Below, in pieces: positions 10,009 to 22,019 of a stretch of DNA of 51,245 nt (its first letter is position 1; the number at the start of each line of letters is the position of its first letter). The notes under the pieces are model-generated. The model did no database searches. It was not told where the DNA came from and saw only the letters and a list, made by a program, of their open reading frames with translations. The position numbers were made by a program, and so were the translations under genes. Source of the DNA: Elsinoe ampelina (taxonomy: Eukaryota); contig ML992507.1 of the NCBI GenBank assembly GCA_010093995.1, positions 875,353-926,597 on the forward strand, in the 5' to 3' direction.

Positions 10009-13000
10009 GCGTATATAAGCTAGGTATATATCTCTAGCGCTATACCTATAATAAGGCCTTATATAGAGTATATTAGAGTATAGAGTTTAGGTTAGTACCT
10101 ATAATAGTAGCGTAAGTATAGCGCTTTATTAAAATATATTTCCCTAGGTAAAGAGTCTACTCTTTACTCTATTTATATATTTATATAATCTATCTACTTA
10201 TATACTCTATAATCTGCGCCTTCGGCGACCTTTCTTAGCTACTCTTAGCTATAACTTATATATAGTAATTAGCTCTCTTATATTTACGTAATTCTCTTTA
10301 GGTTTCTAGCTATTAAACTCGATAGGCTAGTCCTTCTACTTTACTAAGTAGAATACCTTACCCTTCGTAGTTCTCTTACCTAGGATCTTCTCTACTATCT
10401 ACTTATTTACTTTGTTAGCGAGAGATATACTCTCTTCTAGCTTCTTACTAGCTTTACCTATTTATAGTTTAAGAATAGATATATAAAAGACATTATAGAT
10501 ACAATACTAACTCGGTAAAGCTAGGCGATATACCTGCGATCTAATTACGTTAAGTATACGGAATAGGCTAAGAAATTGTAGTTCTATCTTCTTCTTTAGT
10601 ATAGGTACCTATAAGTTCTTAGCTAAGAGTAGTACTAAGTTATCTACGCTATATACCCTTAGTATATACTTCCTATTATAGTACTTAGCCTAGTAGGTAG
10701 AAGTCTCTTTCTATTACTCTACTAGCTTTATATATATATCTCGTAAGTGTTATACTAACTCTACTACTACTAGTACTCTTCTCTCTAAAGTCTTGTCCTA
10801 AGACTTAATAGCTATTACCTCTAAATCTAGATAGTAGCTATATATTATTTAGAAAGGGCTTATATATAGCGTAGTATAAACGCTATTATTACTTACAAAT
10901 TCTGCTTATAATAGACATTTAGCCTAGTTATTCTATAGCTCTATATAGTAGTACCTTAGGTACTATTCTAACGTCTAGCTTTACTACTTAGTTTAACTAT
11001 CTATCTATAGGTAAAAGGCTATACTAAGCCTACGCTTTATACGCGTTTCGTAATAGAATTTACTCTAGAACTAGCTAGTAAAGACCAATTCTTAATTACT
11101 TACTATCTCTCTTAGAACACTATAATAGTAAATAATATAGTTACGTAGGATCTCTACTAGCTCTATAGACGTATACTTCTTCGTAGTAGAGATATATAGT
11201 AACATCTTAGTATAACGGTCTATAATTACTAGTACTATATTATAGACGCTACTACCTTACTTACTTAGTAGTAGGTTAGTAATAAAATCTATTATAATTT
11301 CTTACTATAGGTAGTCTAGTATTAGTAGCATATATAGCTCGCTATAGAGGTAATAGCGGTATACCTTATATTTCTAGTATACTTAGTATAACTATATATA
11401 GTTATTAATATCTTTCCTTATAGTTACCTAGAAGTACTTCTATAAGAGGAGTTTAAGTATCTTATCCTTACTAAAGTAACTAGCCTATTCGCTATTATAG
11501 TGTATATATAGTACCTACGCCTTAAGCGTACTATTATTTAGAACAACTAGTAACTCTTTATAGAAGAGAAGATTATCTTATATATTCTATAGCGCTTTAC
11601 TCTTATCTCTACTACTTCTTACTTATAAATATAGCTTTATAATCTCGAGGTCTTATCCTTATAGTAGCTCTACTACTAATATTAGGTTAGTAGATAGATC
11701 TTTAAAGGGATTCTCCCTTATAGTTACTATAACTACGACTCGCTAGGTCGTTATAAGCCTCTAGAAGTTCTTAGAAGAGAAGTTGCTACTATATAGCGTA
11801 TAGGTAGCCTAGGCCTATTCTAGAGTAGCCTCGTATATAGCGTAGATATATCTAATAAGTAGAGTAGCTTCCTTAATATCGGTAGTCTAGTCTTATATAT
11901 AAAGCTTATTCTAAAGGGTAGAAAGGAGATATAATACCTCTTACTCTTCCGCTACGTAGTTAGAGCGCCTCGAGGGCGTATTAGCTAGGTTCCTCGTACC
12001 TAGCTAATACTCTATTATAAAGTTAAAAGTAGTAAGAAAGGTAGCCTAGTAAGCTTATTAGCTATTTAGCTATTTTAGCTTTATAAATCCTTAGAGATTA
12101 TTATAGTTAGTAAGTACTTAAATTATATATAAGACACCTTCGAGGTAGTATTACTATTACTTAAATATATATACGATTACTAATAGCTCTTAGTTATATA
12201 TCTTATAATTATACTTAGCTAGGATAAACTTTCTCGACTAAAAGGCTATTAGGTACTAAGTACTATCGAATAGTTAGGATAGAATTACTACTACTATAAA
12301 CTTTAATATATTACTTTTAATACGTAGAGGTAGCGTAGAATTATAGTAGCAAAGAATAGAGGTACGTATAAATACGTCCCTAATATCTTTAAATGCCTAC
12401 TATTCGCTTATACCCTATATAAAAGAGCTATACTTATAACCTTTAACTAAGCCTTTAAGGAGGCTAGAGAGGGGAGTAATAATCTTAGAGTAGTACTATA
12501 CGAAGTAATAATAGAAGTTTATAAAGCTAGTAAACTACTAGACCTTATAATAACTCTTCGGCCTTAGCTAATTCTTAATTATAGTTACTCTACTAGGATC
12601 TATTAAGACGCCTATAGTAGAGATAATATAGCTAAAGAATTCTACCTCCTTAGTAAAGAATTTATATTTCTTAAGGTTAGTATATAAAGTAAACTTCTAT
12701 AGCCTTACTAGAATCTTATAAATATAATATATATAGTTCTCTCTTAAATCGCTATAGATAAGAATATTATTAAGGTAGATAATATAGATAGTATTAACTA
12801 GCCTACCTAGTGCCTTATTAATATATACTTAGAAGGTAGCTAGAGCGTTAGTTAATCTAAATAGTATAACTAAGTACTTAAAATAGCTATAGTATATATA
12901 GAATATAGTCTTCTACTTATCGCTATACTTAATAGAGATCCTATAGTAGGCATCCTTTAGATCTAACTTCGAGAACTACTAGGCTTACCTAAGCTAATTA

Positions 13001-15114
13001 AGCATCTCGCTAATAAGTAGAAGTAGGTAGCGATTCTTAATAGTTACTTTATTTAAGCCCCGATAATCTATATATAAGTATAGACTACTATCTTTCTTAG
13101 GCACGAATAGGATAGAAGTACCTACCTCGCTTATAGAGCGCCTAATTTACCTATTTAATTAAGTAGTCTCGAGATAGTCCTTAAGTACTTTAAGCTCCTT
13201 AACTAAAAGATTATATAAAGGCTAGAATAGAGACCTTCTACCTAGCTCTAGCTTAATTATATACTCGGCGCCTAGTAGGTATAGTAGATTTATAATATCC
13301 TTATAGATAAAGACGTTAAAGAACTCTACGAACTTTAATAGTAGAGCCGAGTTACCTATAGTATAAGTATAGTCCTTAGATAGAGTCTATACTATAGTAT
13401 ATACTCTTAGCTCGTTCTTAAGGTCCTTTATAAAGTCTTCTAGTTCGCGTAAGTAAACTATATATAAGAAGTAGCTATATAACTAGTTATCTATAGTACT
13501 ATTTATAATTACGTACTATCTTCTCTACTATAGACGCTCTAAAATAACTAGAGGGTCTAGTCCTAAGTCTATAGCGTAGAAGAGGCTAATTATCTCTCTA
13601 AGGCTACTATAGGAGTCTACTAGGCATATACGAAGCTAGTATACGCTATAGTAGAATCTAGCTTACTCTATAAAGGAAGAAATACTTAGATACTAAGTAT
13701 ACTTAACTCTTAGTAGATCGTAATAAAGGGTAAATACCTAAGATATAAGATTAACTTCTATATAATCGTCTATAAGAAATATATAGTCTTTACGCTCTAT
13801 AGGCGCTATAATAGCGCTATAATAGAGCGGCGATAGATAAGTATTAATTAGGAGAGGAAAAGGGCTTAGTTATACTCTTTAGCTAAGCTCTTAAAGTTTA
13901 CTAACTTAGAGTTATCGACCTTGTCTATAGTAGTAACCTTATATACCGCCTATAACTCGTAGTCTTTCTATAAGTACTTCGATCTATACTCTAGCTTAAT
14001 ATAACTAGTTTTACTATAACTATAGTACTTAGCGTTCTTTTTTTACTTATTAGAGAAACCTCTCTAACTACTAAACTATTTAATAGGTAGGTTAGTAGCT
14101 TTACGCTTATAGTAAGCTTAAGAGCTACTACTAGACTAGTAGTAGTATCCTTCTTAAGGGCTACTATAACTACTATACTTACGTAGGTAGTTACTTTTAT
14201 CTTCTTATATAGTACGCTTACTACTAGTATAGTCTATAGACTTAATATATAAGTCTAAAGAGACTAACTCCTAGCGCGTAGCTAGAATAGTATAGTATTT
14301 AATAATAGTAGTACGTAGTATAGACTATAGCTTAGTAAGGAGATAGTATACTCTCTACTCTTTAGAGTAGAGAGCTAGTTACTCCTTAAGGGTAGTAAGT
14401 TCTAAAGCGAAGGCCTAGATAGATTAGCCTTTATATTATTAGGCTCCTTTATATATAAGAGTTACGCGTACTCTACGATTAATAGAGTTATTAACTACGT
14501 CCTATACGAACTAGCGGAATTGCTCCTATATATAGCCTTCTAGGCTATCTATATAGTAGTAGTAATACTATATCTTATCTAGCTTACCTACGAGAAATAT
14601 AACTCTATAGAGTACCTTCTACTAGTCGGTAGAATAAGCCTTAGAGGCTAGAGTAAAAATAACCTTAAGATTCTTTAAGAAGGATCTTATCTCTTTTAGA
14701 GTCTTACTCTAGTAGAGATAGAGTTCCCTTAGTTAAGGTCGTCTAGAGAATAGCCTTACGAATAGTCTACTACTACTATATATGCTCTATATACTAGTAT
14801 TACTTACTATAGGCTTAGTAGAAGTACGCGAGCTATAGTCGAAGCCTCCTTAGTAGTATTCTATATCGTATATATAGTATATTTACTTAATCTCTTTCTC
14901 GAGGCTCTAAGCCTTAAGCTTTAGCTCTAAATGCTTACGCTCGGCGCGTAGGTATAGTAGCTACTCTATAAGAGTCTCTTCTTCCTCTAGAGGAGTCTAC
15001 TTAATAGAGTCTATCTCTATAACATTAATTATATAAGGTACTAGCGCCTCGCTAATAGAGTTCTAGTTATCTATAAAGTCTAATAGATTACGACTATAGG
15101 GGAGTAATTAGAAC

Positions 15115-15301
15115 TATTAAAGCCTTATATTAAAGCTATATATATCGTAATATAGAGAACACCTATCTAACCGAATAGTTCGTTAGTAGTAGAACTAATT
15201 ACTATTAAGTTTAAGACGTAAGCGCTATATAAGATAAGTAAGTACGTTACGTAAGTAGGACTAGCTACTACTAAGTGCCGCTCTAATACTAGGCCCTTAT
15301 A
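15115..15301 (-). repeat. 5' LTR of the Gypsy element, with a self-priming PBS next to it
   Basis: Direct repeat of 8612-8798. AGTAATTAG (15103-15111) is an inverted repeat of CTAATTACT (15195-15203) inside the LTR. Confidence 0.93.
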
Positions 15302-17432
15302 GTAACCTTATCTAGTATCTATATAAGCTAAGTCCTTTAGTAATAAGACTTAAAAGCATAAATAATACTTTAATCTAGAGGCTAAGTCTTACTTATTAAG
15401 TTAGCTAGAAGCTAGTAGATTTTAGTATTAATAAGGCAAGTAGTAGTAATAGTAGCTTAATAAGTATAGAAGTTATCGAGGAGAAGTATTACTTATACTA
15501 GAGATTAGATAAGATTATAAAAATCTCTATAAAGTATCTTTATATATCTTTCTTCTACTTATATATAGATTAAACTACTCTAACTACTCCTTTATAAGTA
15601 TAGTATTTATCTAAGCCTTCTTATTTAACCTCTAGACTAAAGTGTACTAGTTGTAGATATTTATACTAGCTTTCCTAAAGGGGATTAGCCTCTTTATACT
15701 ACTAATTACCTATAATAAGATCTTCTTAGTACTATTACTATTATAGTAAAGATAGATAGTAAGACGCACCTTATCTCTTTTAATACTAGGGAGCTATTTA
15801 GAGGCTAATAAGTAATTAGGTACTATCTTCTAGAAGAGGCTAGTCTTATTATAATTAAAGCAATTATATAGTAGAAACTATACTAGCTATACTTTTATCT
15901 TATCTATCTCTTTCTTAATTAAAGCTAGATTAACACTACTAGCCTTGCTATAATAAATGTGTAATTTTATACTATATCGAGCTTTAAATCTAGCTAGCTA
16001 GCCGTTACTAAAATAAAGTAAACTTTAGTAGTAATAGTAAGAAAGAGCTTACTATATCCTTAAGGCTTAAGCTTAAAGAACTTTACTAGTTATTAGTACT
16101 ACTATTTTATAGGCCTTTTACTATATAAAAAGAGCCTCTTTAACATCTAGATACTTAGTAAGGCATCTCCTTTTATACTTACGAAGAAAGGGGCCTTTAT
16201 TAAGCTAGCTAAACTTGTTACTAAGGATATTAGCTATAGTAGATTAAGTAATTAGCTGCTTAAAGGTTTACTTAAACTACCTCTAGAGGTTGTTCTATTT
16301 AGTAGAAGAATAGTTACGCTTAAACTAATAGATAGTAGCCTTCTCCTTATTTAAATAAGCTTACTATTTAGCTATAGTTAATAGTATAAAAAGAGCTTAA
16401 ATAATAGTAAGATTATAACTCTACTAAAAAGAGGCCTCCTTAAAGAGGCCTTAGCTAAAAGGCCCTTACTAAAAAGGCTAATTTGCACTAAAAAAGGCAG
16501 TTGGATATAGTGATAGCTAGCCTCTAACACTATTACTATTACTATAGCTAGCTTTATTACTATCCTTATATAAATATTCACTGGATTAAGCGATTGCACC
16601 ACTGTAAGCAACTTATCACTATCGAGCTAATCACTATAGAGAGATTTGACTGTAATAATTAACTTAGCGGCCCGCCCAAGCAAAGGCACTTAGGTAGCGA
16701 CCCGCAGCCTGCGAGCGTTCGTTGGACTGTCGTTCCTGGCAGCAGCGGAGCCAGTAAAGATCGCCCTGCAGGTGACGTCGAGCAATTCGAGACTCTGTTT
16801 CACGCCCGCCTTGACCTCTGCCCTTTTGCCCCTCCTTTGACCGTCGCCTCCTGGCAGTTGAACATGCCGAGTCAACGGCCTTGAGAGACTCGACCCAATG
16901 AAAGGGGGATAGGCAGAAAGCTGTGTGCGCATTTCAATACTTTTCGTATGCCTGGTCCACAGGTCGCGTGCCTCACCGCCCGTCCCAAAGTTTTGCCCGT
17001 CAACGATGGACAAAGAATATTTCCTCAAGTGCAGCCCGAATGGTCCCCGCACAGCCCAACTGCCCGATCGGGTCGCTCATTTCGGCTCTTCATCTCTGGC
17101 GTGGGGTCATTTTGGCTCTCTGCTTGTGAAGGCATGTGACGACGTTTATCCTCTTCATCAATCGGGTGTATATCCCATCGAAAACCTCGTAATGTTGATG
17201 TATTGCTGAATCAAATGCTAGATCTTGAATCTCGAATCTCGAATCTCAAACGCTGACTCAGCCGTCGATGCATCTCCGTCTGCCTTATCTATCCAACCAG
17301 CGGAACGGCTGGGCACTGATAACAGATCATGGTGGCTTGCGTTCACCAGAGGGGAAAGACAGGTAGGTATGGACGTCCTTGACTTCACAGCCTCCTCCCG
17401 CATATCATCCACTGTCCTCAATCCAGGCAGTC

Positions 17433-19852
17433 ATGACTGACCAACGCTCGACTGCCGATGAGAGAGCCCCATTGCTACCAGGTCGAGTCGAGGAAATGCA
17501 GCAGAGAGACCGTGATGAAGAGGCAGACTCGTTTGTCAAGTCACACCTGAGTGTTACTGAAGCAGCCATGGGCTCAAGCACTGTCGGTGAGCGTCTCGCG
17601 TACAACGATTATACTACAATCGACTGGATGCACGATCTGGTAAGATGCCTATCTTGAATTCTTGCCAACCTACTAAACCAGTGTAGGTCAAAGATTCCTA
17701 CCGCTACCGCTCCCTTCATGTCTCGAAGAGCTTGCGATCCCGCTTGTTTCGCATGGTCGATGCTTCCTCTGGCTGGTTCGCCGCTGCACTCATCGGCACT
17801 CTAACTGCCTGCGTGGCATTCCTCGTCGACATTGCTGTTGCCACCGTCAGTGACTGGAAGCTCGGCTATTGCAAAGGCAATCTGCTTGCGAATCGAGATG
17901 CTTGCTGTGCAGGCAAGACACCTCTGCTAACACTCGGAGTGCCTTCCCAGCTCGATGAAAATTGTCCAGACTTTCAGCTATGGTCGGAAACGTACGTATC
18001 ATCTTACGCCATTTACGTCGCATTTGCATTGGCCTTTGGTATCGTCAGCGGGAGCGTGACGATGACGACCAAGAGGAATTTGCCTGTAGCTTCGCCGGGC
18101 ACAGGAGATGAGCATCAATACGACAAGGTCGCCGAACCCGTCACTGCTGGCAAGGTCATGTATATGGCTGCAGGTTCAGGCATTCCTGAGATCAAGACCA
18201 TTCTGTCAGGCTTCGTCATACCCAACTTCCTCGACTTGAAGGTATTGGTAGTCAAAGCGGTGGGATCCATCTTTGCCGTGTCCACCGGAATGTGCTTGGG
18301 CAAAGAAGGACCTTTCGTCCACATATCAACTTGTGTTGGCTATCTGGTGGCTGTTAGGATACCAAAGTACAGAGATAACAGCCGGAAGATGCGAGGTGGG
18401 TCGATCCTGGCTCCTTCACGCGATCGATGCTAATGGTCACCAGAAATGCTGTCAGCTGCTTGTGCTGCTGGCCTGAGTGTCGCTTTCGGCGCCCCAATTG
18501 GCGGAGTCCTTTTCAGCTACGAGGAGATTAGCACGTATTTCCCTCGAAAGGTACTCTGGCGAGCTTTCGTCTGCTCATTGTTCGCCGCCATGGTTCTGAG
18601 GGCATTGAATCCGACCGGTACCGGCAAACTTGTCCTTTTCGAAACGAGTTATGGAACATCCTACAGACCTGAACATTACCTCATCTTCATCTTGCTAGGC
18701 GTCGCAGGCGGCATCTTTGGTGGACTCTTTTGCAAACTCAACTTCATGTGGTCGAGATGGTTCCGCAGCTTCAAGATCATCAAAACCCAGCCAGTCTTCG
18801 AGATTTTCCTGGTTGTATTGGCAACTGCGCTACTTCAGTATCCCAACCCCATGATCAGGGAGCCTGGAGACGTGGTTATCAAGAATCTACTGGTCGATTG
18901 TCGGACCAAGGAGACTACCGACACCTGGGTCTGCAGGCAAGAAGCACGCACTGATGGAAACTGGGCCTATGTTGGTTGGCTAGTATACGGCACATTGGCC
19001 AAGCTGGTCCTGACTATCATTACTTTCGGTATCAAAGTGCCATCAGGAGTCATCATTCCAGCCCTGGACGCCGGCGCCCTCTTCGGTCGACTCATTGGAC
19101 AGTGGATTGGCACTATTTCACCCGGTATCTTTGCCATGGTCGGCGCTGGAGCCTTTCTGGCTGGCGTTTCCCGCATGACAGTCTCCTTGGTCGTCATCAT
19201 GTTCGAACTTACTGGTGAGCTGGAATACATTGTACCGCATATGATTGCCATCATGGTAGCGAAATGGGTGGCCGATGCTCTCTCCAAAGACGGCGTCTAC
19301 GATTTGGCACAGACAGTTCTTGGCCATCCGTTCCTCGATCTAGACCATGGCATGGCCCTCGTCAAATCAGAACCCACCCTTGTCGAACATCTGATCCCAC
19401 CAGAGCAGACCATGAAGGAGATTACCGTACATGTACCGCCATCGAACAAAGTACCCAGAAAACTCTTGGAGGAAAAGCTTCAACAGCTCGAAAGACGTGG
19501 ACTCATGGATGCCGGTCTTGTCCTCGTCCAAAACGACAACATCCTTCAAGGCTACTTGGCGGAAGGAGAGCTGAACTTTGGGCTTCGCGAGCTTGCGAAG
19601 CTATACCCCAAAGATGCTCAAGCAAGGCTGCTGGGTGAACCCGATGAAGGCGATCTTGATCTATCAAGCTTTGTCGATAGAACACCTTTCACCATCTCAG
19701 CCAAAGCGCCTATGGAGTACTGCGTAGAGATGTTCGGTAAGCTTGGGCTTCGCCACCTCATGGTACTTGAAGAGGGTACCGGCAAGCTGGTCGGTGTGAT
19801 CATCAAGAAGCGCCTCGTTGCTTATTTGGATGCCTTGAAGAGCTCGCATTAG
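17433..19852 (+). CDS. CLC-family Cl-/H+ antiporter (GEF1-like) with C-terminal CBS domains; 3 exons
   Basis: GSGIPE, GKEGPFVH (gating Glu), AFGAPIGGVLFSYEE (proton Glu), PSGVIIP, SRMTVSLVVIMFELTG. Introns 17640-17686 and 18396-18443. N-terminal ERAPLL fits a [DE]xxxL[LI] sorting motif. Confidence 0.95.
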
Positions 19853-20668
19853 TCTCGGATCACAGCCCGGATGGCGAAGTATCGGCTATGAATATCTGTA
19901 TCACGCATGTACTAGCATCAGCATGGAGTCCGCATCCCACTCTTGGTTTGAACAATTTGCATCTCCAAACCGTCCTTCGAATTCCCGTCAGCTCCTTCTG
20001 CTTGATCTGAGTGCAACCGGCGGCGTATAGGGTTAGGGTCGATAGGTGGCGCTGTAGCCAAGTTTTCTTGGTCTCTTGTCTGACGGAGCATGCCGACCAC
20101 CACCGCAGGCCCTCCCTGCTTAGCCACAGGCCACATTCATCAAGCACGCGATCAATTGCCCGATCAAGCCTTGCTGTTCTTTTTTCGACCCGGCTGTGAT
20201 ATGGGCCCCCTCGATTTTGGACCTTGCTGCCAACCCTGCCTTGACCACGAATGATGAACCACCGTTGCACATCGCGCTGCAGAGCAGGATTTGCTGGTAC
20301 CCACAGCCGGGTCTGGTAGGTCCTCACCATGTAGATCAGCCCTGGTCTTCGCTGGACACACGACACACTTCCTCGTAGAAATCGTGGCCAAGCTCGCGAG
20401 CCCCGTCACGGCCATCAAACAAAGCTTTCGTCATGTCTGACGACAAGCTGCCCTGTGTACGCAGCAGTCTGAGCCATAATCCCTGATCTCCTAGTGCAGC
20501 ACGCCTTTGTGTAGGTGGTAGTTGAGTGTCACAAGAGACTGTCTTGAATACACATAAATGACCGTCGAATTTCTAGCAGCACAAGTACAAATTCCATCAA
20601 CCTCGACACCTTCTGTCATCATCACGCATCATTCACCTCTGAATCACAGCATTCATCGTTCTACAAAT

Positions 20669-21511
20669 ATGTCCTACACCAACGGAGGCTACAACCCAGA
20701 CAGCCCTAAAGTATGGAAGCGCTACGCAGACCGCACTGCCGAGAAGTGCGCCCACTACCTCATCCCTTACCTTAAACCAACCGACAACATCATCGATGTC
20801 GGCTGCGGCCCTGGTAGTATCACGGTCGGTCTCGCCAAACGATGCCCTCAGGGTCGTACCATCGGCGTCGACCTCACTGATGGCCTCATATCCGAAGCCA
20901 CCAACCTCTGGAAGGGCACGCCCAACCTTACCTTTGAAGTCGGCAACGCCGAAGACCTCAGCCAGTACGGAGACAACAGCTTCGACGTCGTACACGCCCA
21001 CGCCTGCGTCGTCCATCTCTCCGACCCCATCAAAGCTTTCAAAGAGTTCCACCGCATCTGCAAGCCAGGCGGCATCGTAGCCACTGCCGACCCGCTCTTC
21101 CCTGCAGTACTTGACATCAAGCCCGAGATCCCCGGCCTGCGGGAATCCTTCCCCCTCAAAGCAAAGTGGATGAAGAAGCAAGGCTCGAACCCCGACGCCG
21201 GCATGGAGAAGGAAAAGTGGGCACGAGAAGCAGGTTTTGGTGGCGATGGTGGGGACATCAAAGTCATGGTCGAGGGATTTCCGCACACGAATACGCTTAA
21301 TCCGTTGAGGTTGTCGGATGAGTTTGCGGATGATGTTGTGAAGGATGGGCTGGCGACGAGAGAGCAGGTGGAGTTGTGGCAGGATGCGTGGAAGAGGTGG
21401 GAGGAGGCGGAGGAGAGGGAAGTGGTGACGCCGCATCAGAAGATGTTGTGCTGGAAGGCGAAGAAGGGTAGCGTCGGGAATGGAGCTGTGAATGGGTCGG
21501 ATAGTCATTGA
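20669..21511 (+). CDS. Class I SAM-dependent methyltransferase (UbiE-like)
   Basis: Motif I IIDVGCGPGSIT, SFDVVHAH, RICKPGGIVA. Likely start MSYTNGGY at 20669; an upstream in-frame ATG exists at 20558. Confidence 0.88.
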   Translation: MSYTNGGYNPDSPKVWKRYADRTAEKCAHYLIPYLKPTDNIIDVGCGPGSITVGLAKRCPQGRTIGVDLTDGLISEATNLWKGTPNLTFEVGNAEDLSQYGDNSFDVVHAHACVVHLSDPIKAFKEFHRICKPGGIVATADPLFPAVLDIKPEIPGLRESFPLKAKWMKKQGSNPDAGMEKEKWAREAGFGGDGGDIKVMVEGFPHTNTLNPLRLSDEFADDVVKDGLATREQVELWQDAWKRWEEAEEREVVTPHQKMLCWKAKKGSVGNGAVNGSDSH

Positions 21512-22019
21512 AGGTATAGGAGACGGTCGGTAGTTTAGCCGAGTGCATCATGGATTCGTCTTTCGGCGTTCTGGTAGTACCAAGTCCTGTCATTTCAGTA
21601 GCGACAATACAATTCATCTAGAATGAGACGATACAAGAATCTTCCGATCAATCAGTCAAATTCTGTCCTTGACGCAAAGATTTGGGATGGTAAATAGCCT
21701 CGTTGCCATCAAAAGAGGCGGCTCCTCGGCAAATCCACGGCAGAAATTTTGCTGATTTTCTGCAGCGAGCAAGACCGCAAAACATCACTCCTCTTCTCAA
21801 CCTCATCCCTCTCTTTTCGACTCTTCCTTCTCAAGTCTCAATCGACAGTCGCTCTTGCGACCAGTTGTCAAGACGTCGCTCTCCAGGTCTGCATTCCGCA
21901 CCTTCAATTCCTCGTCTGCAGCTGGTCTTGCGACAATCAGAGCTCAGCTCCTCGCGGAGTCAACCTCGACTGTTCACATTTTCGTTTGTACTCGAGCATA
22001 TTCAAGCAATCGGAAAAGA

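Larger units (their letters stand above)
8612..15301 (-). mobile_element. Full-length RIP-inactivated Ty3/Gypsy chromovirus LTR retrotransposon
   Basis: 187-bp LTRs at 8612-8798 and 15115-15301; 5-bp TSD GTAAC at 8607-8611 and 15302-15306; PPT AGAGGAGGAGGCAAT at 8813..8799. Minus-strand pol remnants: FSKLDLKDAY, VMPFGLTNAPATFQ (de-RIPed), YLNNILIYS (=YLDDILIYS, 12777..12751), GPF/VFHVS integrase module (~10470-10620), chromodomain YLVK*KD*P.EFNS*KP (~10280-10350). Confidence 0.95.
7920..16652 (-). mobile_element. RIP-degenerate pogo/Tigger-like (Tc1/mariner superfamily) DNA transposon, ~2.0 kb of its own sequence, interrupted by an LTR retrotransposon
   Basis: Imperfect TIRs TA|CAGTCAAAGCTGGATATAGTGAT (7920) and its inverse ATCACTATAGAGAGATTTGACTG|TA (to 16652), with TA on both flanks. 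De-RIPed minus-strand DDE motifs FNCDETGLFWK...DKARLT (~15740-15870), QPLDQGIIHAFKSHY (~15340-15390), AW..VTP.TIANCW (~8490-8560). Confidence 0.85.

Noticed and set aside
17227..17247. GAATCTC x3 upstream of the CLC gene
   Set aside because: Short tandem repeat with no supportable regulatory assignment.
19860..20418. Minus-strand ORFs of 168 and 84 aa between CLC and the methyltransferase
   Set aside because: No domain signature or convincing splice model; cannot be separated from chance ORFs.
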